Origin: Candidatus Omnitrophota bacterium
GTDB taxonomy: Bacteria; Omnitrophota; Gorgyraeia; Tantalellales; Tantalellaceae
Assembly: GCA_024277375.1 (NCBI GenBank)
Contig: JAJRVD010000002.1
Location: 1-47,232, forward strand
Direction: 5' to 3'
DNA: 47,232 nucleotides
The first letter of the stretch is position 1, and the number at the start of each line of letters is the position of its first letter. Below are positions 9,479 through 21,400 of the stretch, in pieces. The notes below the pieces were generated by a model, which worked only from the letters and a program-made list of their open reading frames with translations, was not told the DNA's origin and searched no databases. Position numbers and translations under genes: made by a program.

Positions 9479-9911
9479 AAAGATAATTAACAGGTTGCAA
9501 AGAGACATTCCTTTTGTGAAGAAACCATGGAGCGCGATCGCTCGTGAACTTGAGATAGATGAAGCGCGGCTCTTGAAGCGGATCGGACTGTTAAAGAAGA
9601 TCGGAGTGATCCGAAGGATAAGCGCAACTTTTAATCCGCAAAAAGTGGGATTTACCTCAACACTTGTAGCCGCGAAGGTCGCGTCGCGAGACATTGATAA
9701 AGTCGCTAAAAGGATAAACGCTTACGAGGAGATAACACATAACTATAAAAGAGATTCGGAATACAATCTTTGGTTTACGCTTGTAGCGCGGAGCAAGAAT
9801 AGAATTTCGCAAGTGTTGAGAGAGATAAAAAGGGACAATAAGGAAATCAAGAAGTTAGTGAATTTGCCCGCGAAACGTTTGTTCAAGATCGGGGTTAAAT
9901 TTAAGGTGTAA
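9441..9911 (+). CDS. ahbA: Siroheme decarboxylase subunit AhbA
   Basis: Lrp/AsnC-like; LQ.DIP...P, GVIRRI, STLVA, THNY.R...YNLWFT. Confidence 0.9.
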   Translation: MVKKQRSLSAIDKKIINRLQRDIPFVKKPWSAIARELEIDEARLLKRIGLLKKIGVIRRISATFNPQKVGFTSTLVAAKVASRDIDKVAKRINAYEEITHNYKRDSEYNLWFTLVARSKNRISQVLREIKRDNKEIKKLVNLPAKRLFKIGVKFKV

Positions 9912-9960
9912 GAGGGGATCTCTTCGTCGTCATTTGTTTCGCAAATGAGCTCCTCGCAAT

Positions 9961-10080
9961 CAGACTGTGTCACGACATAACGGGCTTGATTCATCAAGCC
10001 CGTTATGTCGGGTTCGATAAATCGAACCCCTACATTACATTGTATGAGGCTATCCGCAAACCGAATTACGACACAGCCTG
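9961..10080 (-). mobile_element. MITE-like element, copy 2
   Basis: CAGACTGTGTC...GACACAGCCTG, AAT duplicated at 9958-9960 and 10081-10083. Confidence 0.8.
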
Positions 10081-10138
10081 AATGACGGCTCTTGCTGTCA
10101 TTGCGAGCGAAGTGAGGGAAGCAGTCTCTAAAGAAACC

Positions 10139-10597
10139 ATGAATAATATTGACAAAAAGATCATCAGTTTACTTGCGCAGGATATCCCGTTGGTGGAGCG
10201 GCCTTTTGAGGCGCTTGCGAGCAAGCTTGGCACGCAAGAAGCGGAACTCATAAAAAAGTTGAAAGCATATAAGAAAAGCGGTCAGATGCGAAAACTCGCC
10301 GCGGTTTCTAACCACAGGAAGATCGGGTTCAAATATAATGCTATGGTCGTGTGGAATATTCCTGAAGATAAATCTGAAAAAACCGGAGAAATAATGGCTA
10401 CTTTTAACGGGGTAAGCCATTGTTATCAGAGAAGTAAATTCCAAGGCTGGAAATATAATCTGTATACCATGATACATGGGAAGACAAAAAAAGAATGTTT
10501 TGATCTGGCGGCTAAAATCGCGAAGAAGACAGGTTTTGAAGATAATATGGTGCTTTTTTCGTCAAAGGAGTACAAAAAAACCGGCGTTAAGTACTAG
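10139..10597 (+). CDS. ahbB: Siroheme decarboxylase subunit AhbB
   Basis: HRKIGF..NAMVVW, VSHCY.R, W.YNLYTMIH, E.KKT. Confidence 0.9.
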   Translation: MNNIDKKIISLLAQDIPLVERPFEALASKLGTQEAELIKKLKAYKKSGQMRKLAAVSNHRKIGFKYNAMVVWNIPEDKSEKTGEIMATFNGVSHCYQRSKFQGWKYNLYTMIHGKTKKECFDLAAKIAKKTGFEDNMVLFSSKEYKKTGVKY

Positions 10598-10618
10598 AAT
10601 TACGTAGGAGCCGCTTCC

Positions 10619-10728
10619 AAGGCTGTGTCGTAATGTAGGGGCTTGATTCATCAAGCCCGTTATATCGGGTTCGATAAGTCGAACCCCTGTAATATGTTGT
10701 ATGCAGCCATGACTTGTGACACAGCCCG
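10619..10728 (-). mobile_element. MITE-like element, copy 3 (variant)
   Basis: GGCTGTGTC...GACACAGCC ends, same internal REP pair. Confidence 0.75.
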
Positions 10729-10757
10729 GAAGGAGGAGAACCTTAAAGAGGTATATT

Positions 10758-12044
10758 ATGAAACATGCAAAATCGAAAAAATATTTCAAAGAGGCCAAAA
10801 AGGTGATTCCCGGCGGGGTAAACAGTCCCGTTAGGGCTTTTAAAGCTGTTGGGGGATGTCCTGTATTTATTGACAAGGCCAAAGGCGCGTACATTTACGA
10901 TGTTGACGGGAATAAATATATTGATTACGTTCTTTCCTGGGGACCGATGATACTCGGGCACGCTAATGATAAAATTTTAAAGCCTGTCAGCAGGCTTCTT
11001 AAGAATGGAACAAGTTTTGGCGCGCCGACTCGCAGAGAGGTTGAGCTTGCCCAACTTGTAGCGAAAGCATATCCTTCGATCGAAAAGGTAAGGCTTACTT
11101 CTTCCGGAACTGAAGCAGCAATGAGCGCGATAAGATTGGCAAGAGGATATACCGGACGGGACAAAATAATTAAGTTTGAAGGATGCTATCATGGGCATTA
11201 TGACAGCCTTTTGGTCAAGGCTGGCTCAGGTGCCGCGACTTTTGGGGTGCCATCTTCGGCGGGTGTTAATGCAAGTTTTGCCAAAGATACCATAACACTT
11301 CCTTATAATGATTTAGAAAGCGTTAAAAAGGTGATCAGGAAGGAAAAAAATAAAATAGCCTGCTTGATTCTAGAACCGATTCCTGCTAATATGGGGGTTG
11401 TTTTACCGGAGCGAAATTACTTAAAAGCACTGCGGAAGATAACGGAAGAAAACGATATTATTCTGATCTTTGATGAAGTAATAACAGGTTTTAGAGTCGC
11501 GTTGGGCGGCGCGCAAGAGATATACAATATAAAACCGGATCTAACCGTCTTGGGCAAGATCATAGGCGGAGGGTTTCCAATAGGAGCTTTTGCCGGTAAA
11601 GCGAAGATCATGAATTGTTTGTCTCCGGACGGATCGGTTTACCAGGCGGGAACTCTTTCAGGTAATCCGATCGCGGTGGAAGCGGGAATAAACACCATAA
11701 AAGCATTAAGGAACAAAAAAGCCTACAAACAACTCGATCGCAAAGGGGAACTGTTCGAAGATGGGTTGCGAAAAATATCGGACAGGACGGGAACCAAAAT
11801 AGTGATCAACAGATTCGGTTCATTGCTTACCGTGTTTTTTACAACGCAGGGAAGCGTAAAGAATTATGCAGACGCGGCAAAGTGTGACGCGGCAAAGTTT
11901 GGCAAGTATTTCGGAGGGATGTTGGATCAAGGCGTATATTGCGCCCCTTCACAGTTTGAGGCGAATTTTTTGTCAGTGAAACACACGGTTAAAGATATAG
12001 AGAGAACTTTAGAGGCAGCGGAGAAAGTGTTAATGGGAGTATAG
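10758..12044 (+). CDS. hemL: Glutamate-1-semialdehyde 2,1-aminomutase
   Basis: PGGVNSPVRAF, SGTEA, FEGCYHGH, FDEVITGFR, GKIIGGG, YQAGTLSGNP. Confidence 0.97.
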   Translation: MKHAKSKKYFKEAKKVIPGGVNSPVRAFKAVGGCPVFIDKAKGAYIYDVDGNKYIDYVLSWGPMILGHANDKILKPVSRLLKNGTSFGAPTRREVELAQLVAKAYPSIEKVRLTSSGTEAAMSAIRLARGYTGRDKIIKFEGCYHGHYDSLLVKAGSGAATFGVPSSAGVNASFAKDTITLPYNDLESVKKVIRKEKNKIACLILEPIPANMGVVLPERNYLKALRKITEENDIILIFDEVITGFRVALGGAQEIYNIKPDLTVLGKIIGGGFPIGAFAGKAKIMNCLSPDGSVYQAGTLSGNPIAVEAGINTIKALRNKKAYKQLDRKGELFEDGLRKISDRTGTKIVINRFGSLLTVFFTTQGSVKNYADAAKCDAAKFGKYFGGMLDQGVYCAPSQFEANFLSVKHTVKDIERTLEAAEKVLMGV

Positions 12045-12072
12045 ATTCCCGATAAAAACATTCGGGAATGAC
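12043..12072 (-). repeat. REP-like palindrome, copy of 5932-5961
   Basis: AGATTCCCGATAAAAACATTCGGGAATGAC. Confidence 0.85.
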
Positions 12073-12089
12073 ACGTTGGAGGATAGCAT

Positions 12090-12914
12090 ATGTTTATAAA
12101 AATTGTTGTTGAGAATTGGAAAAAGCTGTTCATCGCGATAGGCGTTTTATTCGTTATATTCATTGTCGTCTCGGCCGCTTTGATCCATTTTACGGAAAAG
12201 CCCGAATTTTGTAACACATGTCACCTTATGAAGCCCTACCATAAAGCATGGACAGAGTCGGCTCATAAGGATGTTAGCTGTCTTAAATGTCATATTGAGC
12301 CGGGTTTGAAATCGCATATTAAGGGGAAGATAGACGGTTTGATGCAGGTTCTGGAATATGCATCAGGTAGATACTCTGAAAAACCTGTAGCGACAGTACG
12401 GGATATTTCTTGCTTGCAAGAGGGTTGCCACGAGAAAGAGTCTCTTAGAAACAAGAAAATAATGTTCAAGGATAAGGTTGAATTCCATCATAAAACACAT
12501 TGGCAGGAACATCCCGAGCTAGGTAAGAACATAAGTTTAAGATGTGCTACGTGTCACATGTGGCTTACCTTTGATAAGCATGTAGCGGTTGATGAGAATA
12601 CTTGTTTTATTTGTCACTTTAAGACGGTACCAGTTGAAATGATCACCGAGCAATGCACTAAATGTCATACCGGGATAAGCGAGACTGAGACGCATCGGGA
12701 GTATATGGCCGAGGGGATGCATTGCGCGGATTGTCACGACACGATAAAGACCACAGACGCACCCGTCCTAAAGCAGATGTGTTATTTTTGCCATGCCGAT
12801 CAGGATAAGCTGAATAAAATAGATGACAGGGAACTGTTGCATCAAAAACATATACCTGACAACAATGCTGATTGTATAAGTTGTCATGAATTGATAGCGC
12901 ACGGGAAGGAATAA
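12090..12914 (+). CDS. Membrane-anchored NapC/NirT-like multiheme cytochrome c (8 CXXCH + 1 CX4CH)
   Basis: N-terminal TM, P.FCNTCH.M...W..S.H..V.C..CH NapC pattern. Confidence 0.9.
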   Translation: MFIKIVVENWKKLFIAIGVLFVIFIVVSAALIHFTEKPEFCNTCHLMKPYHKAWTESAHKDVSCLKCHIEPGLKSHIKGKIDGLMQVLEYASGRYSEKPVATVRDISCLQEGCHEKESLRNKKIMFKDKVEFHHKTHWQEHPELGKNISLRCATCHMWLTFDKHVAVDENTCFICHFKTVPVEMITEQCTKCHTGISETETHREYMAEGMHCADCHDTIKTTDAPVLKQMCYFCHADQDKLNKIDDRELLHQKHIPDNNADCISCHELIAHGKE

Positions 12915-12940
12915 GTTCTAACAAGAAGAAGGGGGTTAAT

Positions 12941-13474
12941 GTGAAGAAGAATGTTTTAGCGATTATGGTCGTGGCGGCCTTATTGGGTGTATCGACCCTT
13001 GTTTTTGCTGAAGGCGGTCACCAGTACATTGGCGTAAAGAAGTGCTCTATGTGTCATAAGTCCGCGTCAAAAGGTAACCAGTATGGTCAGTGGTTGGGTA
13101 CAAGACACGCAAAAGCTTATGAGGCTTTAGGTAGCGCGGCGGCTAAGGAAGCAGCGGCAAAATCCGGAGTTACCGGCAATCCACAGGAAGCACCCGAGTG
13201 TTTAAAGTGTCATGTGACCGGCTATGGAGCGGACGCGAGCCAGCTGGGAAAAGGTTACAAGAAAGAAGATGGCGTACAGTGTGAGGCTTGTCATGGTGCC
13301 GGCGGCGATTATTGGAAGATGAGTACAATGAAAGATAAAGCGGCAGCTGTTGCCGGTGGCCTTGTTATTCCGTCTAAAGAAGTATGTGTGAAATGTCACA
13401 ATGAAGAAAGTCCGAATTTCAAAGGGTTCAACTTCGATGAGTATAAGGCTAAGATAGCGCACCCGAGATCGTAG
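12941..13474 (+). CDS. Periplasmic tetraheme cytochrome c (c554-like)
   Basis: Signal peptide, YIG...CSMCH...W..T.HA.A, GVQCEACHG.G; 4 CXXCH. Confidence 0.88.
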   Translation: MKKNVLAIMVVAALLGVSTLVFAEGGHQYIGVKKCSMCHKSASKGNQYGQWLGTRHAKAYEALGSAAAKEAAAKSGVTGNPQEAPECLKCHVTGYGADASQLGKGYKKEDGVQCEACHGAGGDYWKMSTMKDKAAAVAGGLVIPSKEVCVKCHNEESPNFKGFNFDEYKAKIAHPRS

Positions 13475-13493
13475 TTAGAACCGTCATTGCGAG

Positions 13494-13583
13494 GGCTGCA
13501 TACAACATAATGTAGGGGTTCGATCCGTCGAACCCGATATAACGGGCTTGATGAATCAAGCCCCTACATTATGACACAGTCTG
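13494..13583 (+). mobile_element. MITE-like element, copy 4 (left end missing)
   Basis: Internal REP pair and right end GACACAGTCTG followed by AATGAC. Confidence 0.7.
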
Positions 13584-13608
13584 AATGACGACAAAAAAAG
13601 GAAAAATT

Positions 13609-16600
13609 GTGAATAGGATAGGTCATATTTTAGGGTTGGTCTTCGCGACGATCTTGCTGTTTGCGTCGAAAACGTTTCTTTTGCTCAACCCGATAGTGTC
13701 AGCGGGTTTTTTGTTGCTTGTCAGCATGTTCTATGTTGTTTGTACCGTTGTTTCCAAAAGATCACTGTTTTTGTATCCCGTAATGTTTTTTGGGGCACTG
13801 GCTTATTATTTGTGCCTATACGGTGCGGGTATATCGTATATATGGTATCCCGCGCATTCCTTTGTGCTTATCGTCCTTTTAGCGATAGCGAAATATATCG
13901 CCGGATCCAGAGGAAAAAGGGAGTATTCGAATGCTTTTCGGAAAGGCATTAATACGACGGTTGCTTTTTTTACCTTTTGGGCGTTGAGCTTTGCCAGAAC
14001 ATATTGGGGTTCTGATCCCATGGTGTATGTTCTGGCCTTTTTTTGTTACGCTGTTTTTTATCGTGTTCAGAACCGTCTTGATCCGGAAAGACGAAATCTT
14101 ACCTATGTATGGATCTTTTATGGAATAGTCGGAACTTTGGCGCTAGCGGGTATGCAGATTTTCCCTCCATTGGTCAAAACCGCGTTATTAGTGCTTTTGG
14201 TTTTTGCGCTTGCCCATAGGAGTATAAAAGTTTACAAGAAAGGTGGATACTTCGCGACTATGCCGTTTCTGATCGGGATTCTTGTAAGTACATTTTTTGC
14301 GTTTGTCTTTTTTTCCCGTCAGTGGAATGTGTTAGCAATTACATTTCTTTTTAGTTCTTTAGCGTTTTGGTACGTATACAAGGCTATTAAAGAAGAAATT
14401 GTTGGTGACCATATCAGCAATGCCGGCGAAAAATTTTTGATGATCGTTTTTAAGTCAGGTTTTATTCTATTGCCCGTGGTGTTTTGGGGCATTCTTTTAT
14501 CCAAAGGTTTTCCTCCCGGATACTTGAACATAACACTATCGCTTGTTTTTGCATTATTCTTCGCGAAGCTGACGCGTTCACCGTATAAAAGCTTGTTCAA
14601 GAAGAGGAACCACTATGTGTATCTGTCTGGCATGTTCTTTACGGCGCTGGTCTATTTGGTGGTGTTTTCGTTTGAGCGGTTTATATCTAGAGAGTATCTG
14701 TTCCTTTTTACCCCGGTGTGGATGGCGGTCTTGCTCAGTATTGCTGATTTTTTCAGGAAAAATGAAGACTTAAAAAGAGCAAACTCGATCATTGATGTCG
14801 CTTTTTTGCCTATCGCGATAAACGCGATACTCCTAATGACACTTAATGTTTTTAATCCAACGTTGGGCATGATCTTGTCGGGCATAACCATCGTAACGCT
14901 TTTTATGTTTTTGGCAATATTAAGGAGCCATATAGTTTTCTATTCGTTCTCACTGGCCTCCTGGTTCGCTTTGTATAGTGTGCTTCGATCTGTATCCGCT
15001 TCGACACAGGTCTTTGTATTATCCTACATGACGGTCGCGCTTGCCTGCGCTCTGTCCGGGTATCTGCTGACAAGGAAGAAGAATGTTACATCAAACGTAT
15101 TTAACTTTTCACTCGTATTGTATTCTTTGACCGCGATACAATTGGTCCCCGTAGGGTCAAGCTTGCGTTTGGTCGTTCTGTGCTCTATGGCGATAGTGTA
15201 TTTACTGCTGGGGGCTCTTTTGAGCTTGAACAAAAAGACTGATGGCCTTTTCTCGAAAATCGGACATTTCTGCGCGGGTATGATAATTTTTAGTGTTCTG
15301 TCCGATAAGTCATTCAATCAGGCGATATATGCCAGTTTTGCTTTGGCTGTAGCGTATTTGTTGCCGCTACTCTTGCATAAAAGAGAGAAATACGCGTATC
15401 CCGCGAGTCTTTTCGCGGCGCTGGGATATCTTCTTTTATTGATCAAAATATGCCCGTCCAATTGGGTCATGTTCGCATATCTACCGTTAATAGCGGTGTT
15501 TCTTTTTCATCGGAAGGCACCGGCGGCACGTACATCAGTCTATTTTTCCTCAGTCGCTATTGCTTTCTGGGCGCTGACCTCCAGTGCCCTAGTCCCGATT
15601 TTCGCGGCTGGGTCCTCAATTTTGTATGGTATTGTTTTTATTTTGTTCGACAGAAAAGCGGTCTCTTTTACTGCAACATTCGCGAGTTTTTTGTTCTTGG
15701 GAGTTTATTTTCTCCTTAACAGTTTTTTTCCGACAGAACAAGCTATTATGTTCTTTTGCGTGGTTACCTTCATACTTTTTGTCGGTGGTGTTCTCTCGAG
15801 GAATGTTGAGCGTATTAAACAATGGAGTAGTGCTTTTACGATCGCCGGGGTCGCGTTTCTTTTTCTTGCCGCGGTTATCTCAGCATTTGCCGGAGCGATT
15901 ACGGCAACTAAAACCGTTGTTGTTCTCTCGAGCGTCGCGTTTGTTCTGACCGCGTTAATATTCCGTAAGGAAATTTTTCTTTATCTTCTAACCTTAAATA
16001 TGGCGTTATTGTTTTTCAATTTTGTGCAAACTTCAGGGACGGTGTTTACTCAAGATTTGTTTGTATACTTCGTGTACGGAACTCTATTGATCGGGGCGTT
16101 TTTTGTCATACCTTATGTAAAGCGGTTGCGCAGGTATGATCGTGTTTTTACGATGTTCACGATCGCCAACTGGAAGGGTATACTTGTTTATTCTATTCCG
16201 GTATGCGTTATCCTTGTGATCACCTTGATGTTATACGCTGTCAAGATCACCGAGCATCCTCAATTTTGTAGTTCTTGTCACTATATGGATGACTATGTTG
16301 AATCCTGGGAGCATTCTAATCACAAAGATGTTAAGTGCGTTGATTGTCATTATGAGCCCGGAGTGAAAGCGATCGCGATAGGAAAAGTAGAGGGGCTTGT
16401 TCAGCTGGTGAAATATATGACCCATACATATGGTTCCAAGCCATGGGCGGAGGTTAGAGATAAAAGTTGTTTGCGTGAAGGCTGTCATGACAAGATGGAC
16501 AGAAAAAAGCCGGTAATATTCGAGAAGGGAATACCGTTCGCACATTCAACACATCTGGATAATCCGGCTCAAAAACATACTCTCAGGTGTACCACTTGTC

Positions 16601-16962
16601 ATGGTCAGTCAGACGATGAGGCGTAACATCTGTCTGTAACAAAGAGCGCCTGTTTTGTATGCCATTTCAAAGACAAAGAAGCCAATCAGACGTCTAATTG
16701 CGGAACATGTCATGGAATGCCGGATGCTCATAAGGAGTTCATTGAAGATACCACTAACGTAGATTGCATGGCCTGTCATGAGGGGATTACAGAAGGAAGC
16801 GGCAAGGTAGAGGCTTTTTATTGTTTGTTTTGCCATGGCAAAAAGGATGTTCGAAAGAAGATCTCTATTGAAGAGATGCACCAAAAACATGTTACGGATA
16901 ATAAAGTCGAATGTTTTCAGTGCCACGGTGTCGTGAAACATGGACCCGGGGAGGGAATATAA
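13609..16962 (+). CDS. Large polytopic membrane protein fused to NapC-like multiheme domain (8 CXXCH + 1 CX4CH); in-frame TAA at 16624-16626
   Basis: About 880 aa of successive hydrophobic segments; C-terminal domain collinear with 12090-12914; frame continues past TAA as HLSVTKSACFVCHF...CGTCHG into ORF 16717. Confidence 0.8.
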
Positions 16963-16963
16963 T

Positions 16964-17611
16964 ATGAAATGGGAAATATCGGATAAAGCAATGGAGTCCA
17001 GCTTTGTTCAAGAGGTTGAAAAGAGAAGCGAACAGAACGTTTCGTCTTGCTATCAGTGCGGGAAGTGTTCGGCGGGGTGTCCTATTTGCCAGGATATGGA
17101 TTTTTCCCCCAATCAGATACTTCGTCTTATTCAGATGGGGTTAAAAGATGAGATACTGGCAAGTTCGTCCATATGGATGTGCGCTTCTTGTCAGACCTGT
17201 ACAACAAGATGTCCTTTGAAGATAGACTTGGCAAAGATAATGGACGCTTTGCGGATAATTTCACATATGCAGGACCATCAGAAAAAGTTCAAACCGAAAT
17301 CTTTTGTGAAAGACCTTGCCGGACGAACATATGACAGTTTGCTTAAAACTCTCGATATGGATGTTACCTCTAACCTGAAAGTTTTTGCCAAGGTTTTTCT
17401 GGAAAGTATACGGCAATATGGAAGGCTTTCGGAAGTCGGCCTGATCTTGAACTACAATATCAATAGCGGATTTTTGTTCTCTAACGTTAAGAATTGTCCC
17501 GCGTTTCTTTCGAGGGGCAAACTGAAGATAAAACCGGCCGATCTTAAAAGGATCGACAAGGTAAGACGAATATTTGAAAAACTAGCTGAACTAGAGAAGG
17601 AAGAATTATGA
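16964..17611 (+). CDS. hdrC: Heterodisulfide reductase subunit C
   Basis: CYQCGKCSAGCP and IWMCASCQTCTTRCP. Confidence 0.93.
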   Translation: MKWEISDKAMESSFVQEVEKRSEQNVSSCYQCGKCSAGCPICQDMDFSPNQILRLIQMGLKDEILASSSIWMCASCQTCTTRCPLKIDLAKIMDALRIISHMQDHQKKFKPKSFVKDLAGRTYDSLLKTLDMDVTSNLKVFAKVFLESIRQYGRLSEVGLILNYNINSGFLFSNVKNCPAFLSRGKLKIKPADLKRIDKVRRIFEKLAELEKEEL

Positions 17612-18495
17612 AGTATGCCTATTTTCCGGGATGCTCACTACACGCGACAGCGGAAGAATACGCCCGATCAAGTGTCGCGGTTTGCGAAAAACTCGGTATT
17701 GAACTAGAAGAGATCGAAGATTGGTTGTGTTGTGGAGCTACACCCGCGCATATTACTAATCATCTAGCGTCTATTGCTTTACCTATAGCCAGTTGCGCGT
17801 GGGCTGAAAAGCAAAAGCTGGATGTTCTTACCTGCTGCGCGGCATGTTCCAGCAGGCTTAAATTGGCAAATCAGGAAGTGAAAGAAGATCCTGAGCTTCG
17901 CGCTAAGGTGAATAAAATTATTGAAGAGGACTATAAAGGAAATATAGAGGTACATCATATACTGGAAGTCCTCTCAAAAAAGGTGGGGTTCGAGAATCTA
18001 AGAGAACAGATCGTAAAGCCGCTCAATGGATTGAAGGTAGCTTGTTATTATGGCTGTCTTTTAACGAGGTTGCCTGAGCCTTTGCGGCTGGACAATCTTG
18101 AAGACCCCATGGTTATGGATGATCTCGCGACGGCAATGGGCGCGGAAGCGGTTGACTGGCCGTATAAAACCGAATGTTGCGGAGCTAGTCTCGCGGTTAT
18201 ACAGGAGCAAACAGTATTAAGGCTCGCTAATGACATTTTAACCATAGCTGAGGATAGCGGAGCCGAATGTATTCTTGTAGCCTGTCCTTTGTGTCAGTCT
18301 AACCTGGATCTGATGCAGTCGGGAGTAAATAAAAAATACAATAAAAACTTCAATATTCCGGTGTTTTATTTTACTCAACTTTTAGGGCTGGCGATGGGCA
18401 TAGATAGAGAGAAGCTGGCGTTATCAAAATTAATCGTTAACCCTTTCCCGCTTTTGGCGGAGAAGGGGTTCATAGAAAAAGAGGCGTATCTATAA
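17608..18495 (+). CDS. hdrB: Heterodisulfide reductase subunit B
   Basis: YFPGC, W.CCGA, YYGCLL.R, CCG, ACPLCQ.NLD (two CCG domains). Confidence 0.95.
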   Translation: MKYAYFPGCSLHATAEEYARSSVAVCEKLGIELEEIEDWLCCGATPAHITNHLASIALPIASCAWAEKQKLDVLTCCAACSSRLKLANQEVKEDPELRAKVNKIIEEDYKGNIEVHHILEVLSKKVGFENLREQIVKPLNGLKVACYYGCLLTRLPEPLRLDNLEDPMVMDDLATAMGAEAVDWPYKTECCGASLAVIQEQTVLRLANDILTIAEDSGAECILVACPLCQSNLDLMQSGVNKKYNKNFNIPVFYFTQLLGLAMGIDREKLALSKLIVNPFPLLAEKGFIEKEAYL

Positions 18496-21400
18496 TGGCT
18501 AGAATAGGCGTATTTGTATGTTGGTGTGGTTCTAATATCGCGGAAACGGTTGATTCCGAAGGCGTAGGGGAATATGCCGCGAAGTTGCCGGGCGTTGCAG
18601 TCTCAATGGATTACAAATATACATGTTCGGACCCCGGACAGAAAATGATAATCGAGGCTATCCGGGAGCATAAACTGACCGGAGTTGTTGTCGCTTCATG
18701 TTCTCCGCGTATGCATGAGACTACCTTTAGACGAACTGTTGCCGGTGTGGGGTTGAATCCCTATTTGCTTGAGATGGCAAATATACGGGAGCATTGCTCA
18801 TGGGTGCATCATGACAAGGAAGCAGGCACAGAAAAGGCAAAGATATTGGTTCGTATGATGGTAGAAAAGGTGAAACATAATCATAAGTTATATCCTATCA
18901 AAGTACCTGTGACAAATAGAGCTCTCGTAATCGGCGGGGGTATTGCCGGCATACAGGCCGCGTTGGATATCGCGAAGGAAGGTCATGAAGTAATAATTGT
19001 GGAAAAACAACCATCAGTGGGTGGGCATATGTCGCAGTTGGATGAAACTTTTCCAACGTTGGATTGTTCTCAGTGTATATTGACTCCCCGTATGGTAGAA
19101 ATAATCCAGGATAAAAATATAAAACTCTATGCCTACTCGGAAGTCGAATCGGTAAGCGGTTTTATCGGCAATTTCAAAGTAAAGATCCGCCGCAAAAGTC
19201 GCTACCTGAAGGAGAGTGAATGTACCGGTTGTTCTGATTGCGAAGAACCATGTCCGGTAGAACTTAAGAATGAATTTAACGAAGGTTTGGATACCCGCAA
19301 AGCTATTTATCGTCCATTTACACAGGCTGTTCCGAATTCATTTCTTATCGAGAAAACAAAAGAACCGGCCCCGTGTAAAGTGGTTTGTCCTATAGGACAG
19401 AATGTGCAGGGTTATGTAGCTTTAATGTCTAAAGGTAAATTTAAGGAAGCACTTAAAGTTGTGCGCGAAACCAATCCGTTCCCGTCGGTTTGCGGGAGGG
19501 TTTGCACCCACGTTTGTGAAACCGCGTGCAACAGGAGCCGTATAGATGAGCCTATTTCAATAGCGTCACTAAAAAGAGTTTTGGGAGACTTTGAGGCCGC
19601 CAATCCGGAGCTTATAACATACGCGAAACCTGAAGAAACAAAATCTGAAAAAGTTGCTGTTGTCGGCGCCGGTCCTGCCGGACTTGTATGTGCTTATGAC
19701 CTGGCAAAAGCGGGATATAAAGTTAAAGTGTTTGAATCTACACCCGTGGCGGGCGGGATGCTCTATTTAGGTATACCGGAATATCGGCTTACTCGCGATG
19801 TTATTGCCAGGGAGGTAAAGGCTATCCAGGATATGGGTGTTGAGATAGAACTGAATTCGCCGGTTGATGACGCGCAAGAACTCTTGAAAAAGGGATATAA
19901 AGCTGTTTTTCTCGGTATTGGTTGTCAAAAAGGAAAAGACCTTGGAATAGAGGGTGAAGATGCCGAAGGCTCTACGGACGCTGTCGCGTTCTTGAAAAAG
20001 GTGAACCTCGGAGAAACAACTAAAGTAGACGGTAATGTTATTGTTGTAGGTGGTGGTAACTCCGCTATCGATGCCGCGAGAAGCGCGCTTCGACTGGGGG
20101 CTAAGCAGGTAAAGATAGTTTACAGACGCTCTAAAAAAGAAATGCCCGCCGATCCGAGAGAAGTTGAAGATGCTGAGAAAGAAGGCGTGAGCATAGAGTT
20201 TCTTTCCAATCCGACCAAAGTAATAACTGAAAATGGCAGGATAACCGAGGTAGAGTGTTTAAGGATGGAACTCGGTGAACCTGACGGATCCGGGCGAAGA
20301 AGGCCTGTGCCCGTAAAAGGATCTGAATTTATTATCAAATCAGACCTCTTAATAAGAGCTGTAAGCCAGGCTATGGAACAGGATTTTGATAAGTCCGAAA
20401 ATATTAAATTAAGCAGGTGGAAAACTGTTGATGTAGATCCGTTGACACTGGCGACTTCAGTCGATGGAATATTTGCCGGCGGCGACGGTGTTAATGGACC
20501 GGAAACCGTAGTTAGAGCAATGGAAGACGGATATATCGCGGCAGAATCTATAAAGAGGTTCTTAACTTCCCGAGACCTGAAAGAAGGGCGTAACTTTCCT
20601 GCTCATAAGGTCACCGAAGAACCGGCAGAGAGGCTTTTTGAGGGAGTTGAAAAAGCCTCGAGAGTAAAAATACCTGAAATATCGATTGAGGACAGAAATA
20701 ACTTTAAAGAGGTAGCGAGTGTTCTTTCCGATGAGGACGCGATCAAGGAGGCTAAAAGATGTCTTAATTGCGGGATATGTTCCGAATGCGGGGAATGCGG
20801 CAAAGCGTGTGAAAAGGATCTGATAGACCATAATATGGAAGATGAGATCGTCGAAGAAGATGTGGGCGCTATTGTTGTCGCGACGGGATATGATCTTATG
20901 GACCCATCGGTATATGAAGAGTACGGCTACAAAAAATATCCGGATGTATTGACCAGTTTAGAATTTGAGAGAATGGTAAGTGCCTCCGGGCCGACAAACG
21001 GAAAGTTAATAAGGCCTTCAGACGGACAAACACCTAAAAATGTGGTTTTTGTCCAATGTGTCGGATCCCGGGATGAAGATAAAGGGTATCCGTATTGTTC
21101 AGGGATATGCTGTATGTATACGGCAAAGCATACGATGCTTTTTAAACATAAAGTTCCTGACGGAAAAGCTTTCGTTTTCTATGTCGACGTTCGAGCTTCA
21201 GGGAATAACTATTAGCAGTTTGTCAGGCGTGTTGTTAAGGAGAAAAAGGCAATATATTTACGCGGTAGGGTAGCGAAAGTATTTCCTCTGGGACCAAAGC
21301 TCATTGTTAGAGGTGCCGACACTCTAAGTGGAGGGCAGATCGAGATAGAAGCGGACATGGTAGTTCTGGCTACGGCTGTGACGGCGGCTCCAGGAGCGGA

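Noticed and set aside
8894-9694. 266-aa minus-strand ORF and other antisense ORFs such as 4823-5479 and 24324-24845
   Set aside because: Shadows of well-supported + strand genes with no recognisable motifs
7302-13608. ORF-track starts at 7302, 9339, 10082, 10716 and 13585
   Set aside because: They fall in repeats or upstream genes; downstream starts fit family N-termini or RBS better
21213-21215. Pyrrolysine or selenocysteine in HdrA
   Set aside because: Codon is TAG at a conserved Glu position, no pyl genes in the window, TAA cases also occur, and no in-frame TGA was seen at Cys positions of HdrA or MvhD
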